Shown here: piece by piece, positions 1-11,666 of the stretch
Layout of the letters: each line of letters begins with the position of its first letter
Position numbering within the stretch: position 1 is the first letter of the stretch
From: Pristiophorus japonicus
Lineage: Eukaryota
NCBI RefSeq assembly: GCF_044704955.1
Contig: NC_091997.1
Span: 15,190,001-15,254,000 of the forward strand
DNA length: 64,000 nucleotides
Direction of reading: 5' to 3'
Made by a program: the position numbers and the translations under genes
Notes under the pieces: generated by a model
What the model was told of the DNA's origin: nothing
Database searches by the model: none
Seen by the model: only the letters and a program-made list of their open reading frames with translations

Positions 1-2822
1 TTCGGTGGTGTCGCGACCATTGATTAGGATGTCATCGTGAAATACAACGGTGCGTGGAACCGATTTCAACAGACTCTCCATGTTCCTTTGGAAGATGGCT
101 GCAGCCGAGTGGATCCCGAACGGGCACCTCTGATGCAAAAACAGTCCCTTGTGCGTGTTAATGCACGTTAATTTTTTCGACGACTCAGCCAGCTCCTGGG
201 TCATGTAAGCGGAGGTTAGATCCAGCTTGGTGAATGCCTTTCCTCCTGCTAATGTCGCAAGGAGATCATCGGCTTTGGGTAGCGGGTACTGGTCCTGTAA
301 TGAAACTCGGTTGATCGTTTCCTTGTAATCGCCGCAGATTCTGACCGTGCCAACGCTCTTTAGTACCGGAACAATTGGGCTGGCCCACTCGTTGAATTCG
401 ACTGGTGACATGATTCTCTTGTGTTGAAGTCTGTCCAATTCGATCTCCACTTTCTCCCTCATCATGTAGGGGACCGCTCGAGCCTTGTGATGAACAGGCC
501 GTGCCTCGGGGACCAAGTGGATCTGCACTTTGGTGCCTGTGAAGTTGCCGATGCCTGGTTCGAATAAGGATGGAAACTTGCTCAGCACTTGAGCACAGGA
601 AGCATCGTCCACTGAAGATAGTGCTTTGGCGTCTTCCCAGTTCCACCGAATCTTCCCCATCCAGCTTCTGCCAAGCACCGTTGGCCCGTCACCTAGTACA
701 ACCCACATTGGCAATTCGTGTATCTCTACATCAAAGGATACTTTTATGTCCGCACTGCTGATAACTGGGACCAGTTCCTTGGTGTAAGTGCGCAGCTTTG
801 TCTGAATCGGATTCAGCTTGGGTCTTTGTTCTTTGTTGCCCCACAGCCCCTCAAATGCCTTCTGGCTCATAAGTGACTGACTCGCCCCCCCGTGTCCAAC
901 TCCATGGAAACAGGAATGCCATTTATCTTGACCTTCATCATCATGAGGGGACTTTTGGTAGTGAAGGTGTGCACCTTGTACACTGATTCCTCGGGCTGAG
1001 TCGCCTCTCTAGCTTGTACTTCATGAGCCTTGCTGGATCGGAAACCTCCTGCCAACTCATCTGCCACGTTTTGAGTCGCAGTTCTTCTGCACATTCATTG
1101 TGGGTGGCCCTTTCGGCCGCAGTCTTTGCACACATAGGGCCCAAGTTTCCACATGATTTGCGTCTGATTTTTAGGAGCAACTGGTGGAGAACGGACTATC
1201 TTAGAAATCGCAATTCTCCACATTTTTTTTTCTGCAGTTCTAGTCAGGTAGAACAGTTCTACTTTGGAACAGAATTTTTTCTTCAAAAGTGGGCGTGTCC
1301 GGCCACTGACGCCTGATTTCAAAGTTTCCACAGTGAAAACGTACTCCAAACTAAGTTAGAATGGAGCAAGTGAAGATTTTTGTAGAACTGAAAAAACCTG
1401 TTCTATACATTAAAAAATCAGGCGCAGGTTACAAATTAGGTGTCCAGAACGAGGTGGGGGGGGGGGGGGGGAGGGGAAGGGAAGTCATTAAATTCTACAA
1501 TAAATCCTTATTTATACTTATACAAATATTATACAAATAAATCCAACCTGAATAAACATTTATAAGCAAAGAAAAGATTAAATAAACCATCTTCCTACCT
1601 GTGTGAAAGTGCTTCAGGCAGCCTCACAAGTTCGTTCGTTTGTTCCCGACGGCAGGGGGGGAGGAGGAAGCTGTTCCTGACGGCGGGAGGGAGGGAGTGC
1701 GGGCCCGCCCGCCCGAACGCAGCGGAGGGGGGGGGGGGGGGAGGAAGAGGTTCCTGACGGCGGGCGGGAAGGAGACAGTGAGAAGGCTGCAGGAAGCCTC
1801 AGTGCTGATGTGCTGATGGCAATGTGCTTTTATTAAAAAATGTTCAAAAATTAAACAGCTACAAAGAACTACAAAAATGGCCGAGTGCCAATGTTTTCCT
1901 TCACACTGCGCGTGCGCGAACGCTCCAACGCGCACACGCAGGGTTGCCGGCAGGAAAAAAACTAATTTAAATAGAACCCGCCCCCTCCCACTTACAAAAG
2001 CAGCGTGAGTGTAGGCTCCGCCCCCCTGGGCGCCGCTCCAAACAGACAAGGAGCTGCAGGGCTCTCCAGAATCGCGAATGTTTTTTCCGGCGCCGTTTTA
2101 GGCGCGAAAAACGGGCGCCCAGCTCGGAGGGGCGCCCGTTTTTTATTGTGTGGAAACTTGGGCCCATAGTGTCTGAATCAACACAGGCGGGCCCGATGGT
2201 TACCCCTGCAATGCCAGCATGTTAAACGATTCACATTTACACCCCTTGGCGGACTCTGTGTCAAACTAATTATTTGATCAACAGTTATTTTCAGCACAGT
2301 ACTTGCCAGTGAGTTTTGATTCTGGGAGAATCTCAACATTGAGGTCGTGAACGCCTGGCTTAAGGTGATGGTCCGCTTCACGTCCCGTCCCGTCCCGAAA
2401 ACGTCCCGCAACACATTGTTGAGGAGTTCGCCAAATTCGCACGGTTCCGTAAGCCTTCGTAGGTCTGCGACATATTCCGCTAAATCCTGGCCCTCAGTGC
2501 GGCAGTGCGTGTAGAAGTAATACCTGGCCAGCGAAACCCGAGTAAAGGCTTCACCCTCTGTAAACTTTTCTAAACTACCAACAGCAGCCATCGCTGCGTG
2601 TAAGTCCGTGATCTGTATTCGTCACCAGTTAATATGTCTCTATTTATCTGTAGAATAACTCCACAAGGCCTAGTGCTTGAACTGCTGTGACCTTAGTCTC
2701 TTTATTGTAACTGCAGACTGCCTTCACCGTATAGTGACCAGCTTTTCATACAGCTCCTGCTTGGGCCTCCCACAGTTGCACCCTCTAGTGGTACCAGCAT
2801 AGTATATACACAGAGTATACAA
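1..2822 (-). mobile_element. Ty3/Gypsy (Mag-like) LTR retrotransposon, 5' part (LTR-PBS-gag-protease-RT), decayed, continues off left edge
   Basis: Minus strand: gag MAAVGSLEKF...ARYYFYTH...LRRLTEPCEFG; zinc knuckles CWHCRGNH and CKDCGRKGH; protease VKINGIPVSMELDTG; RT VVFHDDILINGRD at about 10-55; PBS-like TGGTGACGA at 2627-2619; LTR-like segment about 2630-2822. Many frameshifts. Confidence 0.9.
1137..2165. mobile_element. Non-autonomous PIF/Harbinger-type DNA transposon (MITE)
   Basis: Perfect 17-bp TIRs GGGCCCAAGTTTCCACA / TGTGGAAACTTGGGCCC; 3-bp TSD ATA (1134-1136, 2166-2168); removing it rejoins Gypsy gag. Confidence 0.9.
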
Positions 2823-3044
2823 TGTTGTTTTCCATAATTCTCAAATGTTTTAATTAGAATGTGAAGGCAGTGGATGTGGGCGGGGCAAGGGGAGGGACAA
2901 GGGGAGAGGCATTAATGGATTATTAACTGAAGTACAACTTGTTGCATAATATTTTAAATGTTTCAATCACAATTAAACCATGTTCAATTAATAGTTCTAA
3001 ATTAAAAATCAATTTAACCATCTTCTGCTCAAAACAAGATGTGT

Positions 3045-3754
3045 GGCAGTTGATTCTTAAATATCTGCCGTAACTTGGGCAGGAGTCTGCCATAAGGGCT
3101 GCAAATTAGGCTAGGATCTGGATATGCTGGATCACAGGCTTGCATCGGTGTTTCTGGGATGTCCTGTTGGGTGTAGAGACTTTGCCTGTCCCAACCAAGA
3201 CCATTGGAGTAAGGAGGGTGGGGCTGGAGGGGATAGATCTGGCCTAGCATTATGTTGGCAGAGCTTTACCTGGTGAGATCAAGTGCACATAACCACCAAA
3301 CAGTGCACGTGGGGACCACTTGAGGTCTAGGCCTGAATCTTGTTTGGACCCCTGAACACTGAGGATTTTTTTGTGGTGAATGTTGGTCCCCTTAAAAAAG
3401 GGCTGACAGGACAAGATCTTTCCAGGGGAAGCCAGCACCCCTTCCAAGAATCGGTAAGCTCTTCGGGATTCTTGGCCTCACCACCATGGCAGGTACCAGA
3501 GATGTTCCACTAGTTGCATCATCATTTGCCACCCCCATATTAATTAGTGGAGCTTCTGCCGACCCCATGAACTTTGAAAGGGTCCGTGGCGGAGTTCCCG
3601 GATGGGAGCATCTTAACATTTACACGACCTCACCCCTACCCTTTTCAGGCCATCAAATTTACTGATTTTTTTTGCACATTCTCATTTGCATCAATTTTAA
3701 TCCCAGTTTAGAATTGACATCAAAAAGGGGCAATAGGGAGAAGGAAATCAGCCC
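3045..3754. mobile_element. Old Harbinger-type non-autonomous element (degenerate TIRs)
   Basis: Ends GGCAGTTGATTCTT...AAGGAAATCAGCCC resemble the G-rich/ATTT termini of other MITEs here; GC-richer than flanks. Confidence 0.4.
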
Positions 3755-4653
3755 TAGAAATGGAGTGGACCTGTTCTCCTCTGTGGAACTGCAAGCCCAA
3801 CAAAAGCATGGGGTAGGTAAAGCTATTCCTTCCGGTGAATATTGTTACCCAGCTTCTGGTCCTTCATAATCAAAATAGCAATCAAAGAAGCTGCCTGGTG
3901 GCCATTTTTTCAATTGTAAAAATAGAAGCAATTCCTGTTCACTTAACCGTCCTTCCATCCAGCAATAGGCTACAGCCAAAAAAAACTTGAAAACTGGTGA
4001 AGTGTATGTGGCAGGTTTACCCTCTCCTCTTGTGAAAGTGTGGACAATTATGGATCACACTCTTCAATGACCAAGTTATTACAACTTTATACAAAGAATA
4101 TAAGGTTTTACAGATCTAAGCACAGCACAGCACAGCACTGCCAGCGGGTGATCATTGCACTCATCTTATGTACTATAGAATCTACAAAAAGAGGAAGAAG
4201 AGAGCTTGAGAGTGAGAAGAAAGCCCAGAAGAAAATATCTTTACTCAAAGAGTCGTTGAGCATCAAATGTTTTACTCCAGTTGAGGCAGGGAACATTCCA
4301 TCTTTTCAGGAAAGAGAAAATAAACAATTGAGGCAGAGGAAGATACAGAGCCTTGAGGAGGAAGAGCAGGGCGGTGGGCAATGTGTCCACTGAGCTGCGC
4401 AAGGGTCTTGAGGTCCTGTACAGCCTGCTCTCTGGCTTTACAATGGAAATAACCGGGTATGGCCGAAAAATGGAATGGGCTGCGCAGCCAGTTAAAGGGC
4501 CCGTGCACCAAAAAAAAATGACAGGGAACGTTGGCGACAGGATTAGTATTCGGATTGTTGTAACAAAGAGGTGGCACTGACACAATGGGCCGAATGGCCT
4601 CAGTCTGTCCTGTAAACCTCTGTGGTTCTATGCTAAACATGGTGTGGGGAGAG

Positions 4654-4806
4654 GGGGTGAATTTCCATGGTTGTGGAAGCACGTCCACTGTTGAAACCCT
4701 GGAAAAACTACATAAATGTGGTGAAGATGTTTTCCTGGGGTTTCATCGACTTTTCCCCTCAGGTTACGGTGGAGAAGCAGGTGAGTCCCTGTGAAAATTT
4801 AGCCCC
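4654..4806. mobile_element. Short palindromic MITE (~150 bp)
   Basis: TIRs GGGGTGAATTTCCA / TGAAAATTTAGCCCC; internal inverted repeat TGAAACCCTGGAAAA / TTTTCCTGGGGTTTCA. Confidence 0.65.
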
Positions 4807-4936
4807 TGCAGTTTTCAATCAATTTCGTGTGAATTTAACTGCTTAAACCAGATTACAGCTACAGTGATGAATATAGGAATTATAAAGCAGCAAAGAAAAC
4901 ACAAATGGATTTGTATTTGTCCCATACCCGAGAACC

Positions 4937-5132
4937 CATCATCATCATCATCATAGGCAGTCCCTCGAAGCGAGGATGACTTGCTTCCACGCCAGAAAGG
5001 GATGAGTTCGCAGGTGTTCTAATGTTCCAGATCCCGAACTAATATTCCAGATCCCGAACTACATCTTGAAGGGTGGAAGATGCCTGTGCGTGGATTTTTA
5101 ACGTGTGGTGGCCGTTGCACACCAGCCACCAA
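4937..5132 (-). mobile_element. RTE-derived non-autonomous retroposon, 5'-truncated
   Basis: (TGA)n tail and RTE 3' end (GGAAGCAAGTCATCCTCG...GACTGCCTATGATGA on minus) matching the tail at 54270-54327; 11-bp TSD ACCCGAGAACC (4926-4936, 5133-5143). Confidence 0.85.
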
Positions 5133-5273
5133 ACCCGAGAACCACATGTTCAACGTCATGCACCTTGACGAAGTCCTTCATTTTTTTCTGCAAGCAAAGA
5201 GACTATGTGACCAGAAAGTTGGCTTGTAATGGAAAAATATTCAACACGGTGCACATTTACCAGTTTGTTGCTG

Positions 5274-5541
5274 ATGTGACAATGACCAGATAATTTGTTT
5301 TTTGTGAAGGTGATTGAGCGATGTTGCCCAAGACACCTCCCCTGCTTGTCTTCGAAATAGTGTCATGGGATCGGAGAAAGCAGACAGGCCTTGGTTTAGC
5401 GTCTTATCTGAAAGATGGCACAACGCTCTCTCAGTATTGCACTGGAGTGTCAGCCTAGATTTTTATGTTCAAGTGTCTGGAGTGGGACTTGAATCCAGAA
5501 CCTTCTGACTCAGAGGCGAGGATGCGACCCACTGAGCCACT
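5274..5541 (-). mobile_element. tRNA-derived DeuSINE (SacSINE1/AmnSINE1-like), head plus Deu domain
   Basis: Minus-strand A box TGGCTCAGTGG and B box GGATTCAAGTCC; Deu-domain-like core (plus strand TCTGAAAGATGGCAC, CAGTATTGCACTGGAGTGTCAGCC); homologous to 8272-8617 and 54330-54531. Confidence 0.8.
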
Positions 5542-5679
5542 GCCTACATAACAAAAGTGACCACTCCTTTCAGTAAAAACACTTCATTGGCTGTGAAATG
5601 CTTTGGGATTTCCTGAGGACATGAAAGGCACTATGTACATGCAAGTTCTTTCATGCATGTAATGACTAGTATTTGAGAG

Positions 5680-5835
5680 CCGCATAAGGAGATATTAGAG
5701 CAGGTAATCAAAAACTTGGTCAAAGAGGTAGGTTTTAATGAGCAGCTTAAAGGAGGAGAGAGACGGAGCGGTTTAGGGAGAGAATTCCAGGGCCTAGACA
5801 GCTGAAGGCACGGTTGCCAATGGTGGGGTGAAAGA
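5680..5835 (-). mobile_element. L2-clade LINE 3' fragment
   Basis: TTAAAGGAGGAGAG...GGTTTAGGGAGAGAATTCCAG...GAAGGCACGGTTGCCAATGGTG matches the L2 3' ends at 17398-17520 and 25340-25500. Confidence 0.65.
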
Positions 5836-6042
5836 AATCAAAAAGGGTGTGTGACTGAACCTCAGAGACAAAAAAAGTCTCTGGTCAGTGCTGAGTTAGC
5901 TATTCGCAGCCAGGACCAAGGTGTGCGTGCTAAACTTAGCTGAAAACCTATTGGGGGAGAGATGGAAAAATCAGGCAGGATTCGCACTGCTCACTTTCCA
6001 TCCTAGAAATACATGTTTGTGGGTGTCAGGTGAGAACGCAAT

Positions 6043-6972
6043 CATAGAATCATAGAATGGTTACAACACAGAAGGAGGCCACTCAGCCCATTGAGTCCGT
6101 GCCGGCTCTCAGCAAGAGCACTTCAGCTAGTCTCACTTCCCTGCCCTTTCCCCGTAGCCCTGCAATTTCTTTTTCCTTCAGGTAGTTATCTCATTCATTT
6201 TTGAAAGCCATGATTGAGGCTGCCTCCACCACCCCTTCAGGCAGTGCATTCCAAATCATAACCACTTGCTGTGTAAAAAAGTTTTTCCTCATGTCGCCTT
6301 TAGTTGTTTTGCCAATCACCTTAAATCTGTGTTCCTGGTTCTCGACCCTTCTGCCAATGGGAACAGTTTCTCGCTATCTACCCTGTCCAGATCCCTCATG
6401 ATTTTGAAAACCTTGATCAAATCTCCTCTTAACCTTCTCTGCCCTAAGGAGAACAACCCCAGCTGTTCCAGTCTATCAATGTAACTGAAGTCCCTCATCC
6501 CTGGAATCATTCTCATAAATCTTTTCTGCACCCTCTCTAAGGCCTTCCTAAAGTGCAGTGCCCAGAATTGGGCACAATACAACAGTTGAGGCCAAACCAG
6601 TGTTTTATAAAGGTTCATCATAACTTCCTTGCTTTTGTACTCTACGCCTCTATTTATGAAGTCCAGGGTCCCATATGCTTTATTAACCACTTTCTCAAAC
6701 TGCCCTGCCATCTTCAACGATTTGTGCACATATACCCCCAGGTTTCTCTGATCATGCACCTCCTTTAGAATTGTACCCTTTAGTTTATTATATTGCCTCT
6801 CCTCGTTCTTCCTACCAAAATGTATCACTTCGCACTTTCCTGCATTAAATTTCATCTGCCACGTGTCCGCCCATTCCACCAGCCTGTCTCTGACTTCTTG
6901 AAGTCGATCACTATCTTCCTCACTGTCCGCTATACTTCCAAGCTTTGTGTCACCAGCAAATTTTGAAATTGG
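6043..6972 (-). mobile_element. CR1-clade LINE, 5'-truncated (RT C-terminal half plus 3' UTR)
   Basis: ORF 6316-7041: SKFAGDTKLG...WQMKFNAGKCEVIHFG...LERVQKRF...RRLRGDLI; (ATTCTATG)n tail at 6043-6058. Confidence 0.92.
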
Positions 6973-8271
6973 ATTGGCTGTGATGGCCCTGTAGTCAAAT
7001 AAACTGTCAACACTCAAGACTGAGACAAGAATGATAGTCATTTAGAAGATACTTTGGCAGAGTTGGCACATATCTATAACGCATTCGGCTCCATTTCCTT
7101 TCTAACTAATTGGTAGATTCCAAAATTAACAATTCCTCAGAAGCCTCAGCACCGACAGGGCAGTACCAGCATTTGGTCTGTAGATGGTGCTTCAGGCTTG
7201 ACTCTGCAGTCGAAGATTCGAAACGGCAGCTACAACAAACAAAGGAAAGATCTCCGTTGCAACTATGTTTGAACATTGTTGAACAAAAGGATGGTTATTA
7301 TTATCAATTAGTTCATTGTTTTCATCTATATCAGTGGTTTATGCTTACTAGACCCATCAATAGGGTATTAATGGAACCCGAAAGGGCGTTTCCAGACACA
7401 AGTAAAAGTAGAGTAACAATAGTAATAATAGTGCTATTGGATTGTATCTAGTACTACGTGTGTTGTGTTAAGAGTTCAATAGCATCACATTAAGGAAAAT
7501 GTAGCCTTAAGAGTTTTTATTCTCCTGACTCACATGCAAAACATCTCACAGCAAAACACCATGCCCCAAGCCATTCTGGATCCCCTCCAGTCCCACTGAC
7601 CCGGGTCTGTTCTGGCGAAAGCAGCCACGTCACACGTTGCTTTAAAAAGCTAGAATTCACCAGACTGCAGCACGGTGCACTTGAGGACTATGTCTGGAAA
7701 GTTGACAGTAGCAATATTCAAAGATTGCCAATTAAGACAAGAGGTGCAGCTTTGAAAGATTGAGAGAAGAAATCCAAAAGTCCTTCCAATCCTTCTTGAT
7801 GGGCTTTCAAAACCAATCCATTCTAATCTGTTTAGACGAAGTGTTTCCTTCCTGTGCCTGCGCTACAACATCACTTTTATTTATCCTTTAGTTCATTTAC
7901 ATTAGAAAATAAAAGGTACATAATAGTTGAAATCTCATTCTATGCTTGAGAAATGTGCACGACCCCATAACATATAGGCAGAGGCTTGCCAATAAGAGAA
8001 AAAACACAATTCCATAAATGTTGTAACCCCAAAAATAAGGAATTACTTTTGAATTGTGGTACATAACAGATCTTCTCTACGATGTAATGAATTCAATAAC
8101 ATTTTCTTCAGAGATATCAGTATCTGGGAGGCGGAGAGAAAATGTGCCAAGAAATATTTAAATACCTTTGAAATACAAAGCTCTTATAACCAACAAAGTT
8201 TTTTATTACGATTAAAATACCTTAAATCAAACATCAAAGAGCATATATACAGGAGCAAAAGAAAGATTCGA

Positions 8272-8617
8272 AAGAAAGACTTGCATTTATATAGCGCCTT
8301 TCACGACCACCGGACCTCTCAAAGTGCTTTACAGCCAATGAAGCACTTTTGGAGTGCAGTAACTGTTGTAATGTGGGAAACGTGGCAGCCAATTTGCACA
8401 CAGCAGCAAACAACAATGTGATAATGACCAGATAATCTGTTTTAGTGATGTTGATTGAAGGATAAATATTGGCCAGAACACCAGGGATAACGCCCCTGCT
8501 CTTCTTCGAAGTAGTGCCATGGGATCTTTTACATCCAACTGAGAGAGCAGATGGGGCCTCAGGTTAACGGCTCATCCGAAAGACGGCACCTCCAACAGTG
8601 CAGCACTCCCTAAGCAC
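8272..8617 (-). mobile_element. DeuSINE (SacSINE1-like), Deu domain plus 3' tail
   Basis: CATCCGAAAGACGGCACCTCCAACAGTGCAGCACTCCC Deu core; L2-like tail AAGACTTGCATTTATATAGCGCCTTT. Confidence 0.85.
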
Positions 8618-8967
8618 ATGGTAAGAAACAAAAAATGTAATTTGTATAATTGAGTCATTATCCTTGAGTTTTCAGCAATGCTTTCAGGTCAAGTTCAGAG
8701 AAAAATGTCATCTTCTGTAAAGTTTTACCTATGCTGCTTCCTCACTTGGGAGACTGAATGGGTTGGGTGGAATCCATGATTGTGGAAGTTGTACATGGTT
8801 ATGTGGTGAGAATGGGATTGATGGGTCCAACATCTTTTATCTCATTCTGTACAACTGGAGTGCTCTTTAAGGATTGCTATCAGGTAATGAGGAAGACAGC
8901 AATGAGGTTTGTCAACCTGTTGAGTTTTAGCACTAAATACAATTTTTGGACCCAACATCTTACTGGA

Positions 8968-9120
8968 ACATAAGTACATAAGAACTAGGAGCAGGAGTAG
9001 GCCTTATGGCCCCTCGAGCCTGCTCCGCCATTCAATAAGTCCATGGCCGATCTTCGGCCGATCTTCTACCTCAACTCTACTTTATTACCCCATTCCCATA
9101 TCCCTTGATTCCCCTGGAGT
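8968..9120 (-). mobile_element. CR1 3' UTR fragment
   Basis: ACATAAGTACATAAGAAC tail followed by GGAGCAGGAGTAGGCC...CCTCGAGCCTGCTCCGCCATTCAA. Confidence 0.8.
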
Positions 9121-9276
9121 CCTTCTTTACTGTTAAACCCACCAGTGGTTTTACAGCAAGCTGGCTGGACAAGGCATCCAAAAAGCACATATGGTTCAGA
9201 AGTTAACACTCACTATTTATTTTGTTTTGCAGGTACCTTCCACCTCTAAATGTTTTCTTTTAGTCCCAAAGATTTG

Positions 9277-9978
9277 GAGGCCGAAATTGCCCTGTTCAGC
9301 GCCTTTGGGGGAGGGGGCCATAAACAGGCGCAAAACTTTTTTCGGCCGGGGGGTGGGGGGGCGCCCAACCGGCTCCTAGGACATTGTGCAGGAGTCAGCG
9401 GAGGTGCTGATGCGGTAGTGCCCCACCCTGCCGGTAGCGCCCTGGGCCGCCGCTCCACTGGCGATGACGTCATCGGCGTGCGCAGCGACCCCATTCCGCC
9501 TCAGAAATTGGCCAGCACTCCGCGGGACTGCCGTGACCAGTGTCAGCACCAGCCTTGCGGGGCGCGAACAGGCCGACATCCGCTCACGGGGCGGAAGTTT
9601 AAGGGGAGGTGTGGAGCACCATGCGCCGTCATTTTATAAGTTTGGCCGGCTCACCGGTCAGCCCGTCTTGTTCCTCCATTGCATGGTCTGGGCCGCCATC
9701 GTGCAGCCCAGCACTCCGTTTGCGTGCCGGACTGTGGCCTCGGCACTACGCCGCCCTGGTGACCCAGTGCAAGCCATCAGAGGCCGTGCAGAGTGTGCGG
9801 CAGCCCTCCCCTTTAACGGAAGGGGAGGGGCATTGAAACACATCAACGCTACGCAGCTGACGAATGAGCCTGAGTAGAGCACTCGAGCCCGCCCCAACAG
9901 AAAGTGGAGCGTGGAGCAGGAAGTTCCGTCCCGACTTGGTTACCGCCCCCAAACAGGGTACTGGGGAATTTTGCATCC
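9277..9978. mobile_element. Harbinger-type MITE
   Basis: TIR-like ends GAGGCCGAAATTGCCC / GGGGAATTTTGCATCC; GC/CpG-rich interior with ATGACGTCAT and CCCTTTAACGGAAGGGG. Confidence 0.7.
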
Positions 9979-10506
9979 TCTGTCTCATGGTCCCACAAAC
10001 TCTCCAGTATTTAGTCCAAATCATTGTTCTTCATAGAGCACAAATGATGAGTGTCGGCAGACTATTCAACATTACAGTTAGCCAAAATCTGTGCTCGCCT
10101 GACATTTGTGCAAATGTGCATTTCATTATGTTTGTTGGACAGCAATAGGGACTGGGAACTGTAGCTAATTCCCCCACCCTCACCGCCCCTCCTTAGCTTG
10201 GGGAAAATGGGTTAATTGTAGCCACAACCTACTGCTGACCAGACTGAGTTCAGCCAATACATATTAAGTACAGATCAACCCTAGAATTTGCTGGCCTATT
10301 TAGCTCAGTAGAATCCAGTGCTGTATTTAATCACTGAGATCTTGGATGAGTTTATCTTTCTTGTATCCGTAATCATAACAGACCAGGAAATTATTATTTT
10401 TGAGCATGCCCATTATCAATTTCCTGCTCTTCAAAACAAGTTACTAAAGTCATTTACATTCTAAATGGAGTTTGCTCATCAAGACTGAGTGCAGCTTAAA
10501 TACTCT

Positions 10507-11168
10507 GGAGGAGAAATTGGGGAGCGCCCCATGAGGCGCTAATGTTTTCAAACTTTAAAAACATTCGGCATTTGCGCTCCAGGAAGGAAGTGGGGTGCTG
10601 GTCCTGGAATGCAGGGGGCAGCAGGTAAGGTGGTAGCTGTGCATCGCTGCGTATTGGAGGGCTCATCCCCTTCCTTAAAGTGAAGGACCATCACTGCAGG
10701 CTCTGCAAAAGAAGACATACCTTCTCCTCAACGACAGCCGTGATCCGGCCCGGTCAGCCCGATGCATTGCGGCAGAGTGCTGGGCTGATCGATCGCGGGC
10801 AGCAAGCAAGGTAAAAAAATTGGAGAGATTAGAATTTTTTTTCTAACTTATCTCAGCCACCTCGCCTTTCAGAATCGCCCCCAAAGCGCCCGGCTTCCCA
10901 ATGGATGCCTTCTGCAGCTGTCGCTTTTTTCGTCTGCCGATGCTGCAGGGAGCGGAACGCAAGTTCGGGTCCGGGGCGCACAGCGATGATGTCACAATCA
11001 CCGGGTGAAGGAGATCGGGGCGCAACGCTTTAACGCCAGTGCAAAACTCCCGCCGAATTTAGCGCGAGTCGCTGGTCTCGCCGCGCCCGGACGCAAACCC
11101 ATATGCGCCCCGTTATCGCTCCCCCGGAGGTGCTAACGGGAGGCGCAAAGGAGGCCAATTTCTCCCGC
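10507..11168. mobile_element. Harbinger-type MITE
   Basis: TIRs GGAGGAGAAATTGG / CCAATTTCTCCCGC; TSD TCT; homologous to 18671-19360 and, inverted, to 39409-40105. Confidence 0.8.
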
Positions 11169-11666
11169 TCTTGTTGGAGCATTTACTACAATCACCATTC
11201 TCACAGGTCGCTCCCTGATCCATGCTGTGAATGTACTGATACATTTAATAGATTTCCAAGGGATTTTTAAAATCTTGTCACTGATAAAGTTGACTCGGTG
11301 AAAAAAATCCACATCATCAGAGTGTTTCTTTAAAAAAATTCAGATTACCGAGCACCTTGTTCTTAAAGCAATGAATAGTTTGGGATTGCCCCTTGCACAT
11401 GAGTTATTATTGAGTACTATTGCACTGTATTTTATTTGCGATTTGTCTTACGGCGCATTTACGCCAGGATAGAGTTTCTACTTTGGGCCCAATCAGCAAT
11501 CTGGGTGAAAATTGCTCTTGAAATTGCACTGTCTGAGGTGAAGTTGTTGTTCCGGTTTCTGCCCAATCTCATTCACATAACCACAAATGTAAAATCTTCC
11601 ATGAAACAGTGTAATCAGTGTAATAGAATGTAATTGTTTAGTTCTTTCCTTGCATTACAAAATATA

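Noticed and set aside
5480-5541. tRNA gene
   Set aside because: The A/B boxes are the head of a DeuSINE that continues into the Deu domain; no complete cloverleaf.
9205-9240. Recursive splice site (TTTTGTTTTGCAG/GTACC)
   Set aside because: The regenerated donor GTACCT is weak and no host gene is established.
9250-10148. Cluster of GC-rich ORFs suggesting a CpG-island gene (also 39583-40181, 49076-49632, 56013-56601)
   Set aside because: They lie essentially within MITEs or RTE-derived repeats; long frames follow from GC content and show no protein motifs.
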